A DNA stretch of 52,149 nucleotides from Thermoplasmata archaeon (GTDB taxonomy: Archaea; Thermoplasmatota; Thermoplasmata; Thermoplasmatales; Thermoplasmataceae): the NCBI GenBank assembly GCA_021799185.1, contig JAJZAW010000001.1, positions 1-52,149 on the forward strand. Reading direction: 5' to 3'. Under the pieces are notes generated by a model. That model did not search any database. It was not told where the DNA came from and was given only the letters and a program-made list of their open reading frames with translations. The position numbers and the translations under genes were made by a program. Shown here piece after piece: positions 19,890 through 30,005 of this stretch (its first letter is position 1; the number at the start of each line of letters is the position of its first letter).

Positions 19890-21781
19890 TGGCGCTGATA
19901 TTTCACAGGCTGGTGGGTATGGAAGAAGCAAAGAGGCTTGCCGCAGAAAGCGTGGGTGAAGTAAATGGATCGGAACGCATCGCCACGGCGGATGCCCAGG
20001 GCAGGGTGCTGGATTCAGACATTTTTTCTGGCATTGATTCCCCTCCCTTTGACAGGTCTGAGGTTGATGGTTTTGCTGTAAGATCGCAGGACGTGGAGGA
20101 GGCAGAGCAGGACATGCCTGTAATGCTGAATCTTTCAGGTTCCGCCGCCATAGGGGAACCCGCACTTGAAATGGGTGAGCCAGGAACTTGCATCAGAATT
20201 GCAACAGGTGCAGTTGTTCCAATTGGTGCCGATTCCGTGGTTATGGTGGAATATACCCGCCTTAAGGGCAAAACGCTGGAGGTTTTCAGGTCCGTAAAAC
20301 CTGGAGAGAACGTTTCACAGGCCGGATCGGATCTTTCCAGGGGAGAACTCATCCTCAGGGCAGGTACAACAGTTGGTTCAAGGGAGATCGCAGTGCTGCA
20401 TTCAGTTGGAATTAATTATGTCACAGTAAGAAGAAAAATGCGAGTCGCAATACTTTCCACAGGCAACGAGCTGGTGGAGCCGGGAAATGAACTGATGCCC
20501 GGCATGCTTTATGAATCCAACGGAGCTGCAGTGCAGGCCATATTGAGGCAGTATCCCGCATTCCAGCCCACATACCACGGGATAGTGGAGGACGATCGGG
20601 AGGCAATCCGTAAGGCAATTAAATCGCTGTCCGGGGAAAATGATGTCATAATAACAAGTGGAAGCACTTCTGCCGGGGAGGGCGATATGGTATATGATGT
20701 GCTTGCAGAGTTCAAGCCCGGCATAATTTTTCATGGCGTTGAGGTTAAGCCCGGAAAGCCAACGCTCCTTTCAATGATGGGAAGAACGCCTGTCATAGGT
20801 CTCCCCGGATTCCCTGTTTCAGCCATCATGGTCTTTGACACAATATTCCTGCCTGCCCTGCTGAGATCGTGCGGCATAAGGCGCAGGACAGTGCAGATTC
20901 CCGGAACTTTGCCTGTCAGGGTTCACCTGGCGCAGGGGAAGGTTAATCTTGTGCCAGTAATCCTTGTCCGGAGAGAATCAACGGTGGCATACCCCCTTAT
21001 TGGCGATTCCGGATCGGTATCAAGAATCATGAGATCGGACGGTTACATCTCCGTTTATGGGGATAGGCCGTACATGGATTCAGGTGAAAGTGTGAATGTA
21101 TCACTCTATTCGGATGATGTGCTGGTTCCAGATTTTACATTCATAGGGAGCCATGACATAGCCCTTGAATCCATATTCCGTAAGATTTCAATGGATGTCA
21201 AGGTGATCAACGTGGGATCAACAGGAGGTGTTGAGGCGATAAGGAGGGGAGAGGCAGATATTGCAGGTGTTCATTTGCTCAATCCAGCTAACATGAAGTA
21301 TAACGACTTCACAGGAGATTACGATCTCATGAAAAGGGCAGAACTGGTGAAGGGATACAAGAGGGAGCAGGGAATACTGGTCAGGCCAGGGAACCCTCAG
21401 GGCATAAAATCCCTTGCGGACATTGCATCCCGTGGCGCTGCATTTGTCAACAGGAACCCGGGGTCCGGGACAAGGGCACTCATCGACAGCATTCTGTTTT
21501 CATCCGGCATAAGTGGAAAGGATATCAGGGGATTTTCATACGAGGTCAAAACACACTACGCTGTTGCAAATGCAATCTGGAGCGGCAGGGCAGATGCCGG
21601 CGTGGCCATACGGCAGGCGGCAGTTATGTACGGGTTGGATTTCATTCCACTTGGGAGCGAGGAATATGATTTTCTCATCCTCAGGGAGAGCCGGGAACGG
21701 CTTTCCAGGTTCCTGGAAGCTCTTGAGAGCAGCTGGTTCACACATATCCTGGCTTCTGAGTTCTCAGGGTATTCCCGTTAA
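19889..21781 (+). CDS. moeA: MoeA fused to a C-terminal periplasmic-binding-protein-like (molybdate/tungstate-binding type) domain
   Basis: The 630-aa product has a full MoeA core (PPFDRSEVDGFAV, ITSGSTSAGEGDMV). This is followed by a roughly 200-aa PBP-like module (FIGSHDIALE.., GGVEAIRRGEADIAGVHL, NRNPGSGTR). Confidence 0.88.
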   Translation: MALIFHRLVGMEEAKRLAAESVGEVNGSERIATADAQGRVLDSDIFSGIDSPPFDRSEVDGFAVRSQDVEEAEQDMPVMLNLSGSAAIGEPALEMGEPGTCIRIATGAVVPIGADSVVMVEYTRLKGKTLEVFRSVKPGENVSQAGSDLSRGELILRAGTTVGSREIAVLHSVGINYVTVRRKMRVAILSTGNELVEPGNELMPGMLYESNGAAVQAILRQYPAFQPTYHGIVEDDREAIRKAIKSLSGENDVIITSGSTSAGEGDMVYDVLAEFKPGIIFHGVEVKPGKPTLLSMMGRTPVIGLPGFPVSAIMVFDTIFLPALLRSCGIRRRTVQIPGTLPVRVHLAQGKVNLVPVILVRRESTVAYPLIGDSGSVSRIMRSDGYISVYGDRPYMDSGESVNVSLYSDDVLVPDFTFIGSHDIALESIFRKISMDVKVINVGSTGGVEAIRRGEADIAGVHLLNPANMKYNDFTGDYDLMKRAELVKGYKREQGILVRPGNPQGIKSLADIASRGAAFVNRNPGSGTRALIDSILFSSGISGKDIRGFSYEVKTHYAVANAIWSGRADAGVAIRQAAVMYGLDFIPLGSEEYDFLILRESRERLSRFLEALESSWFTHILASEFSGYSR

Positions 21782-21910
21782 ATATGTGGCGGGTGCGATT
21801 TCCTGAATATCCTGTCCATGGGTTCCATAATGGCTTCCACAATATCCTGCACAGTGCCGTGCAGTTCAGGTATGGAAAGCTCGTATCCAGGCAGCGTCTC
21901 CCGCGACCTG

Positions 21911-22570
21911 TTAAGTATTTTCCCGTATATTCCCAGCCCCATCCTCCTGAATCTCGGCGGCCTGCATAAGGCTCAGGGCATCAGCCGTGGAGACGAGGAA
22001 AAACCTGGTTTTTTCCATATGATTCCACACATCCTGTGCCAGTTTCTGCCATTCCTTGAGAATCGAGCCAATACGGTCGCCCCTTATCCTTCCCCTGGCA
22101 GAGATGAGAAACTTCAGATCCCGACCAAGATGGTTATAGAAATCCCTTTCCAGGGATAAGAGATGCATGGTTGATGATGACGCCGGCGTATCCCACAGAA
22201 CATAATCATACCTGCCGGAGTCATGCAGTTCAACTATTCGTGATATCATGAACTCTTCCGCCACGCCAGGGCTGCTGGCAATGTGATCAAGTATCTCCGG
22301 CCCCACATCGGCAAATTCCGATATTATGGCATATGCCTGGTCGCCATACCTGGATTTCCACTCTGCAGCAATGTCGGATTCGGATATCTCCATTACAGTT
22401 ATGTTCCGGTAGTCGCGGGTGAATATGTGCCGCAGAGACGGCATATAATCTGTAGATGCAAGAAGGGTCTGCCCATGCTCCGCCAGCACCCTTGCATATG
22501 CAGCAGATATGGTTGATTTACCCACACCTCCCTTTCCCACAAAGGCTTCAATCATAACATGTAATTGCAT
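21911..22570 (-). CDS. Short ArsA/Get3-like (SIMIBI class) P-loop ATPase
   Basis: The 219-aa product has a deviant Walker A (GKGGVGKST) and degenerate ArsA blocks: STDYMPSL for STDPAHSL, and WDTPASSSTMHLLSL for DTAPTGHTLRLL. Confidence 0.7.
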   Translation of the reverse strand: MQLHVMIEAFVGKGGVGKSTISAAYARVLAEHGQTLLASTDYMPSLRHIFTRDYRNITVMEISESDIAAEWKSRYGDQAYAIISEFADVGPEILDHIASSPGVAEEFMISRIVELHDSGRYDYVLWDTPASSSTMHLLSLERDFYNHLGRDLKFLISARGRIRGDRIGSILKEWQKLAQDVWNHMEKTRFFLVSTADALSLMQAAEIQEDGAGNIRENT

Positions 22571-22673
22571 TGCCCCATATACTGAATGGCATCAGTCTCT
22601 CTGCGTTATGGCGTTTGGATAAACATCCCATGCCAGAAAAACGTAAATACCGCAATCCAATGTTTTCACAGCA

Positions 22674-22949
22674 ATGATTACGGTGAAATATTATGCCAAT
22701 CTCAGGCAGATAACCGGCAGGAAGGAAGATTCCCTGAATGACAATGAGGCAACGGTGGGCAAGGTTGTGGACTCACTCTGCGATCGCTATGGCGAACCCT
22801 TCAGGAAACTTATGCTGGAAGATGGAAAACTGAGGGGCAATGTAATAATACTCATAAACGGTGTCAATGTGATTTTTGGAAGGGGGCTCCAGGAGGTAAT
22901 AAAGAGTGGAGATTCTGTGGACATATTTCCGCCGGTGGCTGGAGGCTGA
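22674..22949 (+). CDS. moaD: MoaD/ThiS-family ubiquitin-like sulfur carrier (SAMP-like), C-terminal Gly-Gly
   Basis: 91-aa beta-grasp-type protein ending ..FPPVAGG. Confidence 0.85.
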   Translation: MITVKYYANLRQITGRKEDSLNDNEATVGKVVDSLCDRYGEPFRKLMLEDGKLRGNVIILINGVNVIFGRGLQEVIKSGDSVDIFPPVAGG

Positions 22950-24764
22950 TTACAGGGAATAGTAGTCCAGCCCGAGCCTCTTTATGGTCTCCTTTGTCGG
23001 TATCCCCTTCTCGTTCCAGCCCCTTACACGATAATAATCCTTTAGAAGGTAATCCAGAGGGAACGTGTTCCCCTTATCCGGCCCCTTTTCCAGCGCCTGC
23101 TTCATGAACCTTTCGGGAAGCCTGTCCTGTTCAGGTTTTATGCCAGCCTTGAGGTTGAAGAGCCTTTCAAGGTTCCAGGTTCTTTCTGCAGCTAGCATTA
23201 TTTCATCCTTTGTGTAATCAAAGGCTGTAACGTCGTTGACAAGCGCAATATAGTCATCAAGATTCAGTGCGAAGGACGGGAACTGGCATAATCCTGAGGA
23301 ATCCATGACCTCTGTGAAATCCTGCACATACTTGACAAGCGCTGCCTTGCCCTCCTTTTCAGTTGGCTTGGAGACCGGCTCCACGCCAAGTATTTCATTA
23401 GATATGGTGTATGCTCTCATGTGGGACCCTCCAATGTTGCTGGTGGCATATGCAAGCCCTATCCCGTATGCGCCCCTGGGGTCATACGCCGCTATTTCCT
23501 GGCCCTTTACGCTCATGGATGCATTTTCATCCCCGTATTTGCGGGCTAGCCTCAGGGATCCCTCAGCAAGATCATTTCCAAAGTCCTTTCTGTAAGCCAG
23601 CTTTGCAGAGGCCTCAAGGACAAATGATGAGTTGCCGAAGACAGGTTTCGTAGGCCCAACAACGCTGTCAGGTATTTTCTTTTCGCTGTAAAGTTCCATG
23701 GCTGCAGAGAGTGTGTTTCCAGCTGTTATTGTGTCATATCCCAGCCTGTCCGCGTTGTCATTCGCAGCTATCACCGTGTAAAGGTCGTGTATGCCCGTGT
23801 TGGGGCCCAGGGCCCATGTGGATTCGTATTCAGGGCCCTCGGACTCCCTTTCATTGTATCTGGATACCCTGCCGCATGAAATTGGGCATGCAAAGCAAGG
23901 TGTATTTCTTATGAGATATGTGTCAGCAAGAGTTTCTCCGCTCACCATGTCTGCAAGCGGATCATTTCCGGAATCCATGTAATTTTTTGTGCCGAATATT
24001 CCGGACTGGTTGATTATGTTCACAAGCACCTCGGTCCCATAGGCAGGGAGTCCCTGGCTTGTTACAGGGTTTGCCTTGATCTTCTTGAGCATTGCTGCCA
24101 GCGTATCCCTGTACCTTCCAGCATGTCCGATCTGGGGCATCTTTCCCGTAGATGCCACAACAGCCTTAAGATTCTTTGAGGCCATCACGGCTCCAACTCC
24201 ATTTCTTCCCGCCGTCCTGTGCTTATCATTGACAATTGATGCGAATTTGACCAGGTTCTCACCTGCCGGCCCTATGCAAGCAACGGAAACGTTGACTCCA
24301 GTCTCGGCCTTCAGCGTGTCATCGGTCTGAAACACATCCTTTCCCCACACATGGGTTGCGTCACGGAGTTCGGCTTTCCCGTCATGAACATAAAGATATA
24401 CGGGATGATCAGACTTTCCGGTGAAAATTATCATGTCAAAGCCGGAGTGTTTTAATTTTGCCCCGAAGAATCCTCCGGAGTTGCTCCTTGTTATTGTGCC
24501 GGTCAGTGGGCTCTTTGTCACTGCCATGTATCTTGCGGCGGTGGGAGAACTTGTGCCGGTCAGTGGGCCAGGCGCCATAATGAGGACATTGTCCGGGGAC
24601 AGCGGATCTACCTTTGGATCCACCTCATCCACAAAATACCTTGTGGCCAGCCCCTGTCCGCCTATGTAATCCCTGGCCCATTTCATGTTCGTGTCCTCAA
24701 TGCTGATTGTGCCCTTTGAGAGATTTACCCTCAGAAATTTGCCCGTATATCCACCATAGCTCAT
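22950..24764 (-). CDS. aor: Aldehyde:ferredoxin oxidoreductase (tungstopterin AOR family)
   Basis: The AOR N-terminus (MSYGGYTGKFLRVNLSKG) begins at the internal Met at 24764. The Fe-S motif (CFACPISCGR) is present. The length from that Met is 605 aa. A TATA-like GTATATATTC lies about 30 nt upstream (24791-24800). The ORF-track extension to 24881 is hydrophobic junk. Confidence 0.9.
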   Translation of the reverse strand: MSYGGYTGKFLRVNLSKGTISIEDTNMKWARDYIGGQGLATRYFVDEVDPKVDPLSPDNVLIMAPGPLTGTSSPTAARYMAVTKSPLTGTITRSNSGGFFGAKLKHSGFDMIIFTGKSDHPVYLYVHDGKAELRDATHVWGKDVFQTDDTLKAETGVNVSVACIGPAGENLVKFASIVNDKHRTAGRNGVGAVMASKNLKAVVASTGKMPQIGHAGRYRDTLAAMLKKIKANPVTSQGLPAYGTEVLVNIINQSGIFGTKNYMDSGNDPLADMVSGETLADTYLIRNTPCFACPISCGRVSRYNERESEGPEYESTWALGPNTGIHDLYTVIAANDNADRLGYDTITAGNTLSAAMELYSEKKIPDSVVGPTKPVFGNSSFVLEASAKLAYRKDFGNDLAEGSLRLARKYGDENASMSVKGQEIAAYDPRGAYGIGLAYATSNIGGSHMRAYTISNEILGVEPVSKPTEKEGKAALVKYVQDFTEVMDSSGLCQFPSFALNLDDYIALVNDVTAFDYTKDEIMLAAERTWNLERLFNLKAGIKPEQDRLPERFMKQALEKGPDKGNTFPLDYLLKDYYRVRGWNEKGIPTKETIKRLGLDYYSL

Positions 24765-25135
24765 GATACCACTGAGAATTAAACCGATCTGAATATATAC
24801 GGGTTTGCCTGTGCTGAAAAACCTGTGTGAAATGATTGGAAAAAGCAGCATCGTATGCGTATTTACCTTTCCGTAACTCATGCTTGTTTAATTCAGCTGA
24901 TACGGGTGAATCACAGGCCCTCCTGCAATGGTGCCCTATGCTGCATGGGTTCCGCCAGTTGCGGGTTAAGAAAAACCGCCCGGCCCGATTTCAACTGCAG
25001 CTAGCCCCGTGTGACCCTCTGCGAGCTTGCAGCAGAATACCGGGCTGTAAACGGCAATGCTGGCAACAGGCAAGGGATAAAATATCCATGTGCCGAATAG
25101 ATAAAAATAGGTAATGGTTGAAGATTCTTAAAAGT

Positions 25136-26995
25136 TCATTGCGAGAAATCCACTGACAGTTCCTTCATGACCTCAGTGGAAGGCTTCCCGTCAGCATCAA
25201 TGCCAACTTCCTGAAGGTATTCATCAACCATGGCACGATAGTCCACGGTAACGCCGGCAGTTGGCCCTGCCTTGAGTGGCGGCTCGCCAACCATTCTGGA
25301 AGGCGGGGCAATCTTTCTTGGATTGATGCCCTCTCTGTAGTTAAAAAGATGCCTAAGCAGCTGTATCCTCTTTCCCATGGCCATAATCTCATCCTCGGAC
25401 ACATCCCATCCCATGATGGACTTGAACAGCTTGTAGTATGGATAGGTATTCGGCCATACTGAAGTTGAAAAGAGGCACATCCCGGTTGCGTTCAGCACCT
25501 GAGCACCATAGACAGACAGCGCCTGCATCCTCCCCTTTCCATGGTATGAGTACCTGTTGATCTTCTCCCTGGGGTAACTGTACTTGAATGGCAGCGTCAT
25601 TGTTCCCCCTTCGTCAAACCCGAGCCCGCCTGCGGTATGCCTTCCTGGCGTAGGATCTGCAATATATGTTGTGGCGAGGCTTGGAAGAAGCCTGGGATCG
25701 TGCATTGGAAGATCCTGGCCTCCAACATGCATTGCGAACTTCTCACTGCCCTTGCCGAACTTTTGCGCAGCATATTTCGCTCCCATTCCAAGTACCGCGC
25801 CTATGCCCTCGCCTCTGCCAATCATTTCTGTGAGCTTTACCATTGCATCCGCGTCTCCGAAGCCAATCCTGAAACCCACATCCTTCTCGGTTATTATGCC
25901 TCTTTCGAAGCATTCGTTTGCGAAGGCTATGACCGCACCAACTGAGATTATGTCCATTCCCGCCCTGTTGCACATCTCAAATGCCATGGCCATGGCGTCC
26001 AGATCGGTGTTAAGATTAAGCCCCCCAAAGGAGCCGGTCCCCTCATATTCAAGCCTGTGCCCCTGGATCTCGCCAAAACGCGTCTTCCTTCTAACATGAC
26101 CGCCACACGCAAGTGTGCACTGAGCGCACCCATAGGACTTCAGCTTATCCTTAGCGATCTCCTCGCCGCTTATTTTTCTGGCGTTATCCGCACCATAATC
26201 TATTATGCCCACTCCTGCCCAGTTCTTTATGGGAGTGTCCCCATTGAGGTGGGAGGATTCTGTGCCTGCGGTTGTGCCGTAAAGCTGCCACGGTCTTGCA
26301 AGATCTATGTTCTTCCGGAATTCTATCTGAATCTCCTTTATGGTCTCCATGAGCATTGCCTGGTCGAAGGGCTTGAATGTGGGTTTGCCCCTGACTATGA
26401 GCCCCTTCAGCCTCTTTGATCCCATAACTGCTCCAATCCCGGACCGCCCTGCTGCCCTGCCATAATCATTCATGAGGGAAGCAACGAGCAGTTTTTTCTC
26501 CCCCGGAACGCCTATAACAAGTGCCTGCCCCTTTGGCTCTATCTTCCTGAGTTCATCCTCTGTCTCATACGCATCCTTGCCCCAGAGATTTGAGGCATCT
26601 TCTATGGATGCTGCCCCATCAACGATCTTGAGGTAAACCGGCTTCGGCGAAATGCCCCGGACAAATACGGCATCATAGCCTGAATTCTTCAGTTCAGGGC
26701 CGAACTTTCCACCGCAGTCTGCATCCCCCCATCCTCCGGTCAGTGGAGATTTTGCCACCACCTGGAATCTTCCGCCAAGGGGCACGGAATGGCTGTTGAA
26801 TATTCCTGTTGTGATGCCCAGTATGTTTTCCTCGCCCAGTGGATCTGCCCCGGGTTTCATGTCTCTGTTCAGTATGTAAGCTCCAAGACCGTATCCAGTC
26901 AGGTATTTTCTGTATATTTCTTCAGGAATTTTTTCTTCCCTTATGCTGCCCTTTGACAGGTCAACATGCAGAATCCTTCCATTAACGCCGTACAT
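25136..26995 (-). CDS. AOR-family tungsten/molybdenum oxidoreductase paralog
   Basis: 619-aa product with the N-terminus MYGVNGRILHVDLSKG, the Fe-S motif GCAQCTLACGG, and AOR-like pterin-binding blocks. Confidence 0.9.
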   Translation of the reverse strand: MYGVNGRILHVDLSKGSIREEKIPEEIYRKYLTGYGLGAYILNRDMKPGADPLGEENILGITTGIFNSHSVPLGGRFQVVAKSPLTGGWGDADCGGKFGPELKNSGYDAVFVRGISPKPVYLKIVDGAASIEDASNLWGKDAYETEDELRKIEPKGQALVIGVPGEKKLLVASLMNDYGRAAGRSGIGAVMGSKRLKGLIVRGKPTFKPFDQAMLMETIKEIQIEFRKNIDLARPWQLYGTTAGTESSHLNGDTPIKNWAGVGIIDYGADNARKISGEEIAKDKLKSYGCAQCTLACGGHVRRKTRFGEIQGHRLEYEGTGSFGGLNLNTDLDAMAMAFEMCNRAGMDIISVGAVIAFANECFERGIITEKDVGFRIGFGDADAMVKLTEMIGRGEGIGAVLGMGAKYAAQKFGKGSEKFAMHVGGQDLPMHDPRLLPSLATTYIADPTPGRHTAGGLGFDEGGTMTLPFKYSYPREKINRYSYHGKGRMQALSVYGAQVLNATGMCLFSTSVWPNTYPYYKLFKSIMGWDVSEDEIMAMGKRIQLLRHLFNYREGINPRKIAPPSRMVGEPPLKAGPTAGVTVDYRAMVDEYLQEVGIDADGKPSTEVMKELSVDFSQ

Positions 26996-27214
26996 ACATT
27001 TACCATGGTATCTTCCTATTAGAGGTTTATCTCATGGGGCTCTGGCAGTGAAAATCTCTCAGCTTTCCATAAAACAGCCCGGATCAAGCAATGGATAAGG
27101 CCGAAGGCAGAATACAGGCTGAATTAAATGCATGAGCGCACTGGATCACCCTTGCCCATTTCTGCGCACTTTTACTCGCGATATTTCTTATAACTTTTGT
27201 TAATTGATAGAAAC

Positions 27215-28573
27215 ATGTCAATGGTAGGATTTGATAGATTCCTATTTGCCTTCACAATAGGGTCTCACATAATTCTGGTGTCAATGAGTATTGCGCTGAT
27301 TCTTCTGATATCCATACTGGAGTTCCTCTATCTCAGAAACAGGAACAGCTACCATCTGGCCCTCATAAGGCGGCTCAAGAAAGTGTTCGTGATCTCCTTT
27401 GGCGTTGGAACAGCCTCAGGAATAGTGGTGGCGGTTGAACTGATAAATCTGTTTCCAGGTTTTATGACCCTTGTATCAGAGACCGGGATCATAGGGGCAT
27501 TCTACGCAGAGATATTCGCATTTTTCCTTGAGACCATCAGCCTTGTGATCTACGTTTATTTTGAAGGAGTATTCAAATGGAAATATACGAATCTTACCCT
27601 TTCAATTGTTGTTGCTTCCGGGACCCTTCTTTCCGGGGTGTTCATAACAATGGTGAATGCCTGGATGAATACGCCAAATGGTTTCAACATATCTGAATAT
27701 CTTGCGACAGGGAAGGTTACAGGTGTGCTTCCCTGGGCAACCTTTGCAACACCCTCAACCTTTGGTGAGATAGCGCATGTCCTTACGACAACTGTTTTCG
27801 CCGGGGTAATGCTAATCGGTGCATTTTTTGCTTACAAATACCTGAAGACGCGAGATCCAGAGGAGAAGGGGATGTTCAGGTCAATGCTCAGGGTCATCAG
27901 TGGTGTTTCCATCATTGATATCCTGCTTGCGGGGGCTTCCGGATCAAATGAAATGTCAACTCTGCTGCAGTATCAGCCATTAAAATATGCTGCCATGGAC
28001 CTTAATCCGACACCTGGAACCGGCTTCTCAGAGAGGCTGTTCGGATACATTTACAATGGGCATATACTGGATTCCATACAGATTCCAGGTCTGCAGGCTT
28101 TGCTGGCTAAACTGGAGACAGGAATAACGGCACTTCCAGGCCTATCGCAGTATCCTGTAAGCGACTGGCCCCCGTTGATTATCCATACTACATTTGATAT
28201 TATGGTGGTTGGAGGGCTTTTCCTCGGGCTCTTTCTCTTCATTACATTCCTTTTCTACGTGTTCAGGAAGGATTTTGTCAGAAACAGGTTCATGATGTAT
28301 TTCCAGATATTCTTCGGTTTCTTCGCTCTCCTGGTTTATGAAATCGGATGGGTAACGGACGAGGTGGGAAGGCAGCCTTGGATTGTATATAACGTGATGA
28401 AGGTATATCAGGCTGCAAACTATTCCACAGGACTTCTGGTTCCAGGATACTTCATCATAGCCTTCTACCTGGTACTCATACCGGCAACGTTCTACTTCTT
28501 TGCCAGGGTATTCAACTCCAATCCCGCCAGGGAAGACATGAAACCGGCAGCGGAAGGGGGTGTTAACTATTAA
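27215..28573 (+). CDS. cydA: Cytochrome bd-type quinol oxidase subunit I
   Basis: Polytopic protein with the CydA signature EVGRQPWIVY and an N-terminus resembling CydA (RFLFAFTIGSHIILV). The ATG at 27215 is preferred over the TTG at 27197. Confidence 0.88.
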   Translation: MSMVGFDRFLFAFTIGSHIILVSMSIALILLISILEFLYLRNRNSYHLALIRRLKKVFVISFGVGTASGIVVAVELINLFPGFMTLVSETGIIGAFYAEIFAFFLETISLVIYVYFEGVFKWKYTNLTLSIVVASGTLLSGVFITMVNAWMNTPNGFNISEYLATGKVTGVLPWATFATPSTFGEIAHVLTTTVFAGVMLIGAFFAYKYLKTRDPEEKGMFRSMLRVISGVSIIDILLAGASGSNEMSTLLQYQPLKYAAMDLNPTPGTGFSERLFGYIYNGHILDSIQIPGLQALLAKLETGITALPGLSQYPVSDWPPLIIHTTFDIMVVGGLFLGLFLFITFLFYVFRKDFVRNRFMMYFQIFFGFFALLVYEIGWVTDEVGRQPWIVYNVMKVYQAANYSTGLLVPGYFIIAFYLVLIPATFYFFARVFNSNPAREDMKPAAEGGVNY

Positions 28574-29522
28574 CATTTTATTTGGCATCAATTATGCAGT
28601 TTTTGCAGTTTTTGCTGTGCTTGTGATCACTGAAATGATGGGCAGCGTCCTGATGCTTGTTGCATGGGATTCAGTCAAGGGAAAGGTGCTCGACTATGTT
28701 GTTCCAGTATGGGAAGTGACAGGCACTTTTGGAGCTTTCTGGGTAGTGGCTTCTGACTTTGCCTATCCACGAATTCTAATACCACTTGCAAGTATATTCT
28801 CGGCAGCCATTGCCATATTCCTCATACTGTTCGTAGCCAGGAATTCTACCATAGTGTTCGCTGAGTTTATAAAAAAGAGAGGCTGGCTTGACGAAAAGAA
28901 GCTATACACAGGATATTCACTCTCAACACTGCTTCTGGGCCTGGTTGTACTGGTTATAATAACAGGAATCATAGGAGGGAATGGCATTGATTTCAGAAAC
29001 CTGACGTTCAGTGTATCCTCATGGGCTGGAAACGCAACCTCATGGCTCTTCATAATCGGCGCTCTTCTTATGGCCATAGGCCTTGCTCCGGTGTTTTATG
29101 ATCTGGCGCCTCTCAAAAAGCTGGTATTTCCATTCACCATTGCGGGTCTCGTGGTTTCGGTAGTTTCACTGTACCTGTTCAGGCATGGCTCACTTCCATT
29201 CCTTGTAGCCATACCCATCATCCTGGCGCTTCTCGTTCCTGTGCTGTACTACCTTCCAAGCGCAGTGAAGATCGTAACAAACAAGGTATTCTTCATAGCA
29301 TTGGTTTCGGCTGACATTTTTTCGCTGGAATTCATGGTTTATCCCACAGCATTTGGTGGAAACATTAACGTGGACAGCTTGATTTCAAGCGGCCCAATGG
29401 CATCAGCCTACGTTGCAATCACTGTGGTGGGGCTTGTTATTCTTGCTGTGCTAATTGCACTTTACTCCATTGCGGTGCATAGAAGGTCAGCTATGGCCAG
29501 AAAAGCAGTGAGTTCACCTTGA
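28560..29522 (+). CDS. cydB: Cytochrome bd-type oxidase subunit II (divergent archaeal form)
   Basis: 320-aa, roughly 8-TM protein with a GTG start that overlaps the cydA end by 14 nt. The assignment rests on position and topology, not on a motif. Confidence 0.7.
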   Translation: MLTINILFGINYAVFAVFAVLVITEMMGSVLMLVAWDSVKGKVLDYVVPVWEVTGTFGAFWVVASDFAYPRILIPLASIFSAAIAIFLILFVARNSTIVFAEFIKKRGWLDEKKLYTGYSLSTLLLGLVVLVIITGIIGGNGIDFRNLTFSVSSWAGNATSWLFIIGALLMAIGLAPVFYDLAPLKKLVFPFTIAGLVVSVVSLYLFRHGSLPFLVAIPIILALLVPVLYYLPSAVKIVTNKVFFIALVSADIFSLEFMVYPTAFGGNINVDSLISSGPMASAYVAITVVGLVILAVLIALYSIAVHRRSAMARKAVSSP

Positions 29523-29536
29523 GAATAAAACCCTTA

Positions 29537-29544
29537 TTTTTTTT
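29537..29544 (+). terminator. Oligo-T (T8) tract just downstream of cydB
   Basis: A T8 run lies 15 nt after the cydB stop. Archaeal RNA polymerase terminates at oligo-T. Confidence 0.45.
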
Positions 29545-29762
29545 AAACTCATAATAACCTTTCCTGCACACAAATTCTAAATCGCCCGTGCAGATAAATT
29601 CTATTAAAAGCCTCTGCCTGGAATTTTTATGCTCCCTTCAATGGCCTTGAGTGGCTGGGGCAACGGATGCCCTAGATGCAAAATGGTTTCTTTTGGATGT
29701 ATCAGCCTCTGAATGCCTTGCGAAGAACAGCTTCATAAGAAATTTAATGCAGATATCCTCTT

Positions 29763-30005
29763 TCAGTCAAGAATTCTTACGGTCTTGTTTGAAGATCTTA
29801 TTCCACGTATTATCCTTATTCTTGAAGGATCAACATTGAAATGAGCGGACAGCTGCCTTATGACATCGGCATTGGCTCTGCCATTCTCCCTTGGCTCGTT
29901 TGTGTACACAGAGAGTTTATCATTCTCATCCAAAATCTGGCCGCTTCCATGCTTAACTCTTACCTGTACAATCAATATGTTATCAGATATTGTATGGATC
30001 TCCAT
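29763..30005 (-). CDS. DUF167 (YggU/UPF0235) family small protein
   Basis: 80-aa product with the typical YggU pattern (V.VKHGSG.. ..REGRANADVIRQLSAHF.V..S.I.I..G..S..K.V.I). Confidence 0.7.
   Translation of the reverse strand: MEIHTISDNILIVQVRVKHGSGQILDENDKLSVYTNEPRENGRANADVIRQLSAHFNVDPSRIRIIRGIRSSNKTVRILD

Noticed and set aside
24765-24881. A 39-codon N-terminal extension of the AOR ORF.
   Set aside because: The canonical AOR N-terminus (MSYGGYTGKFLRVNL) begins at the internal Met at 24764. A TATA-like box sits inside the putative extension, and the extension has no homology-like features.
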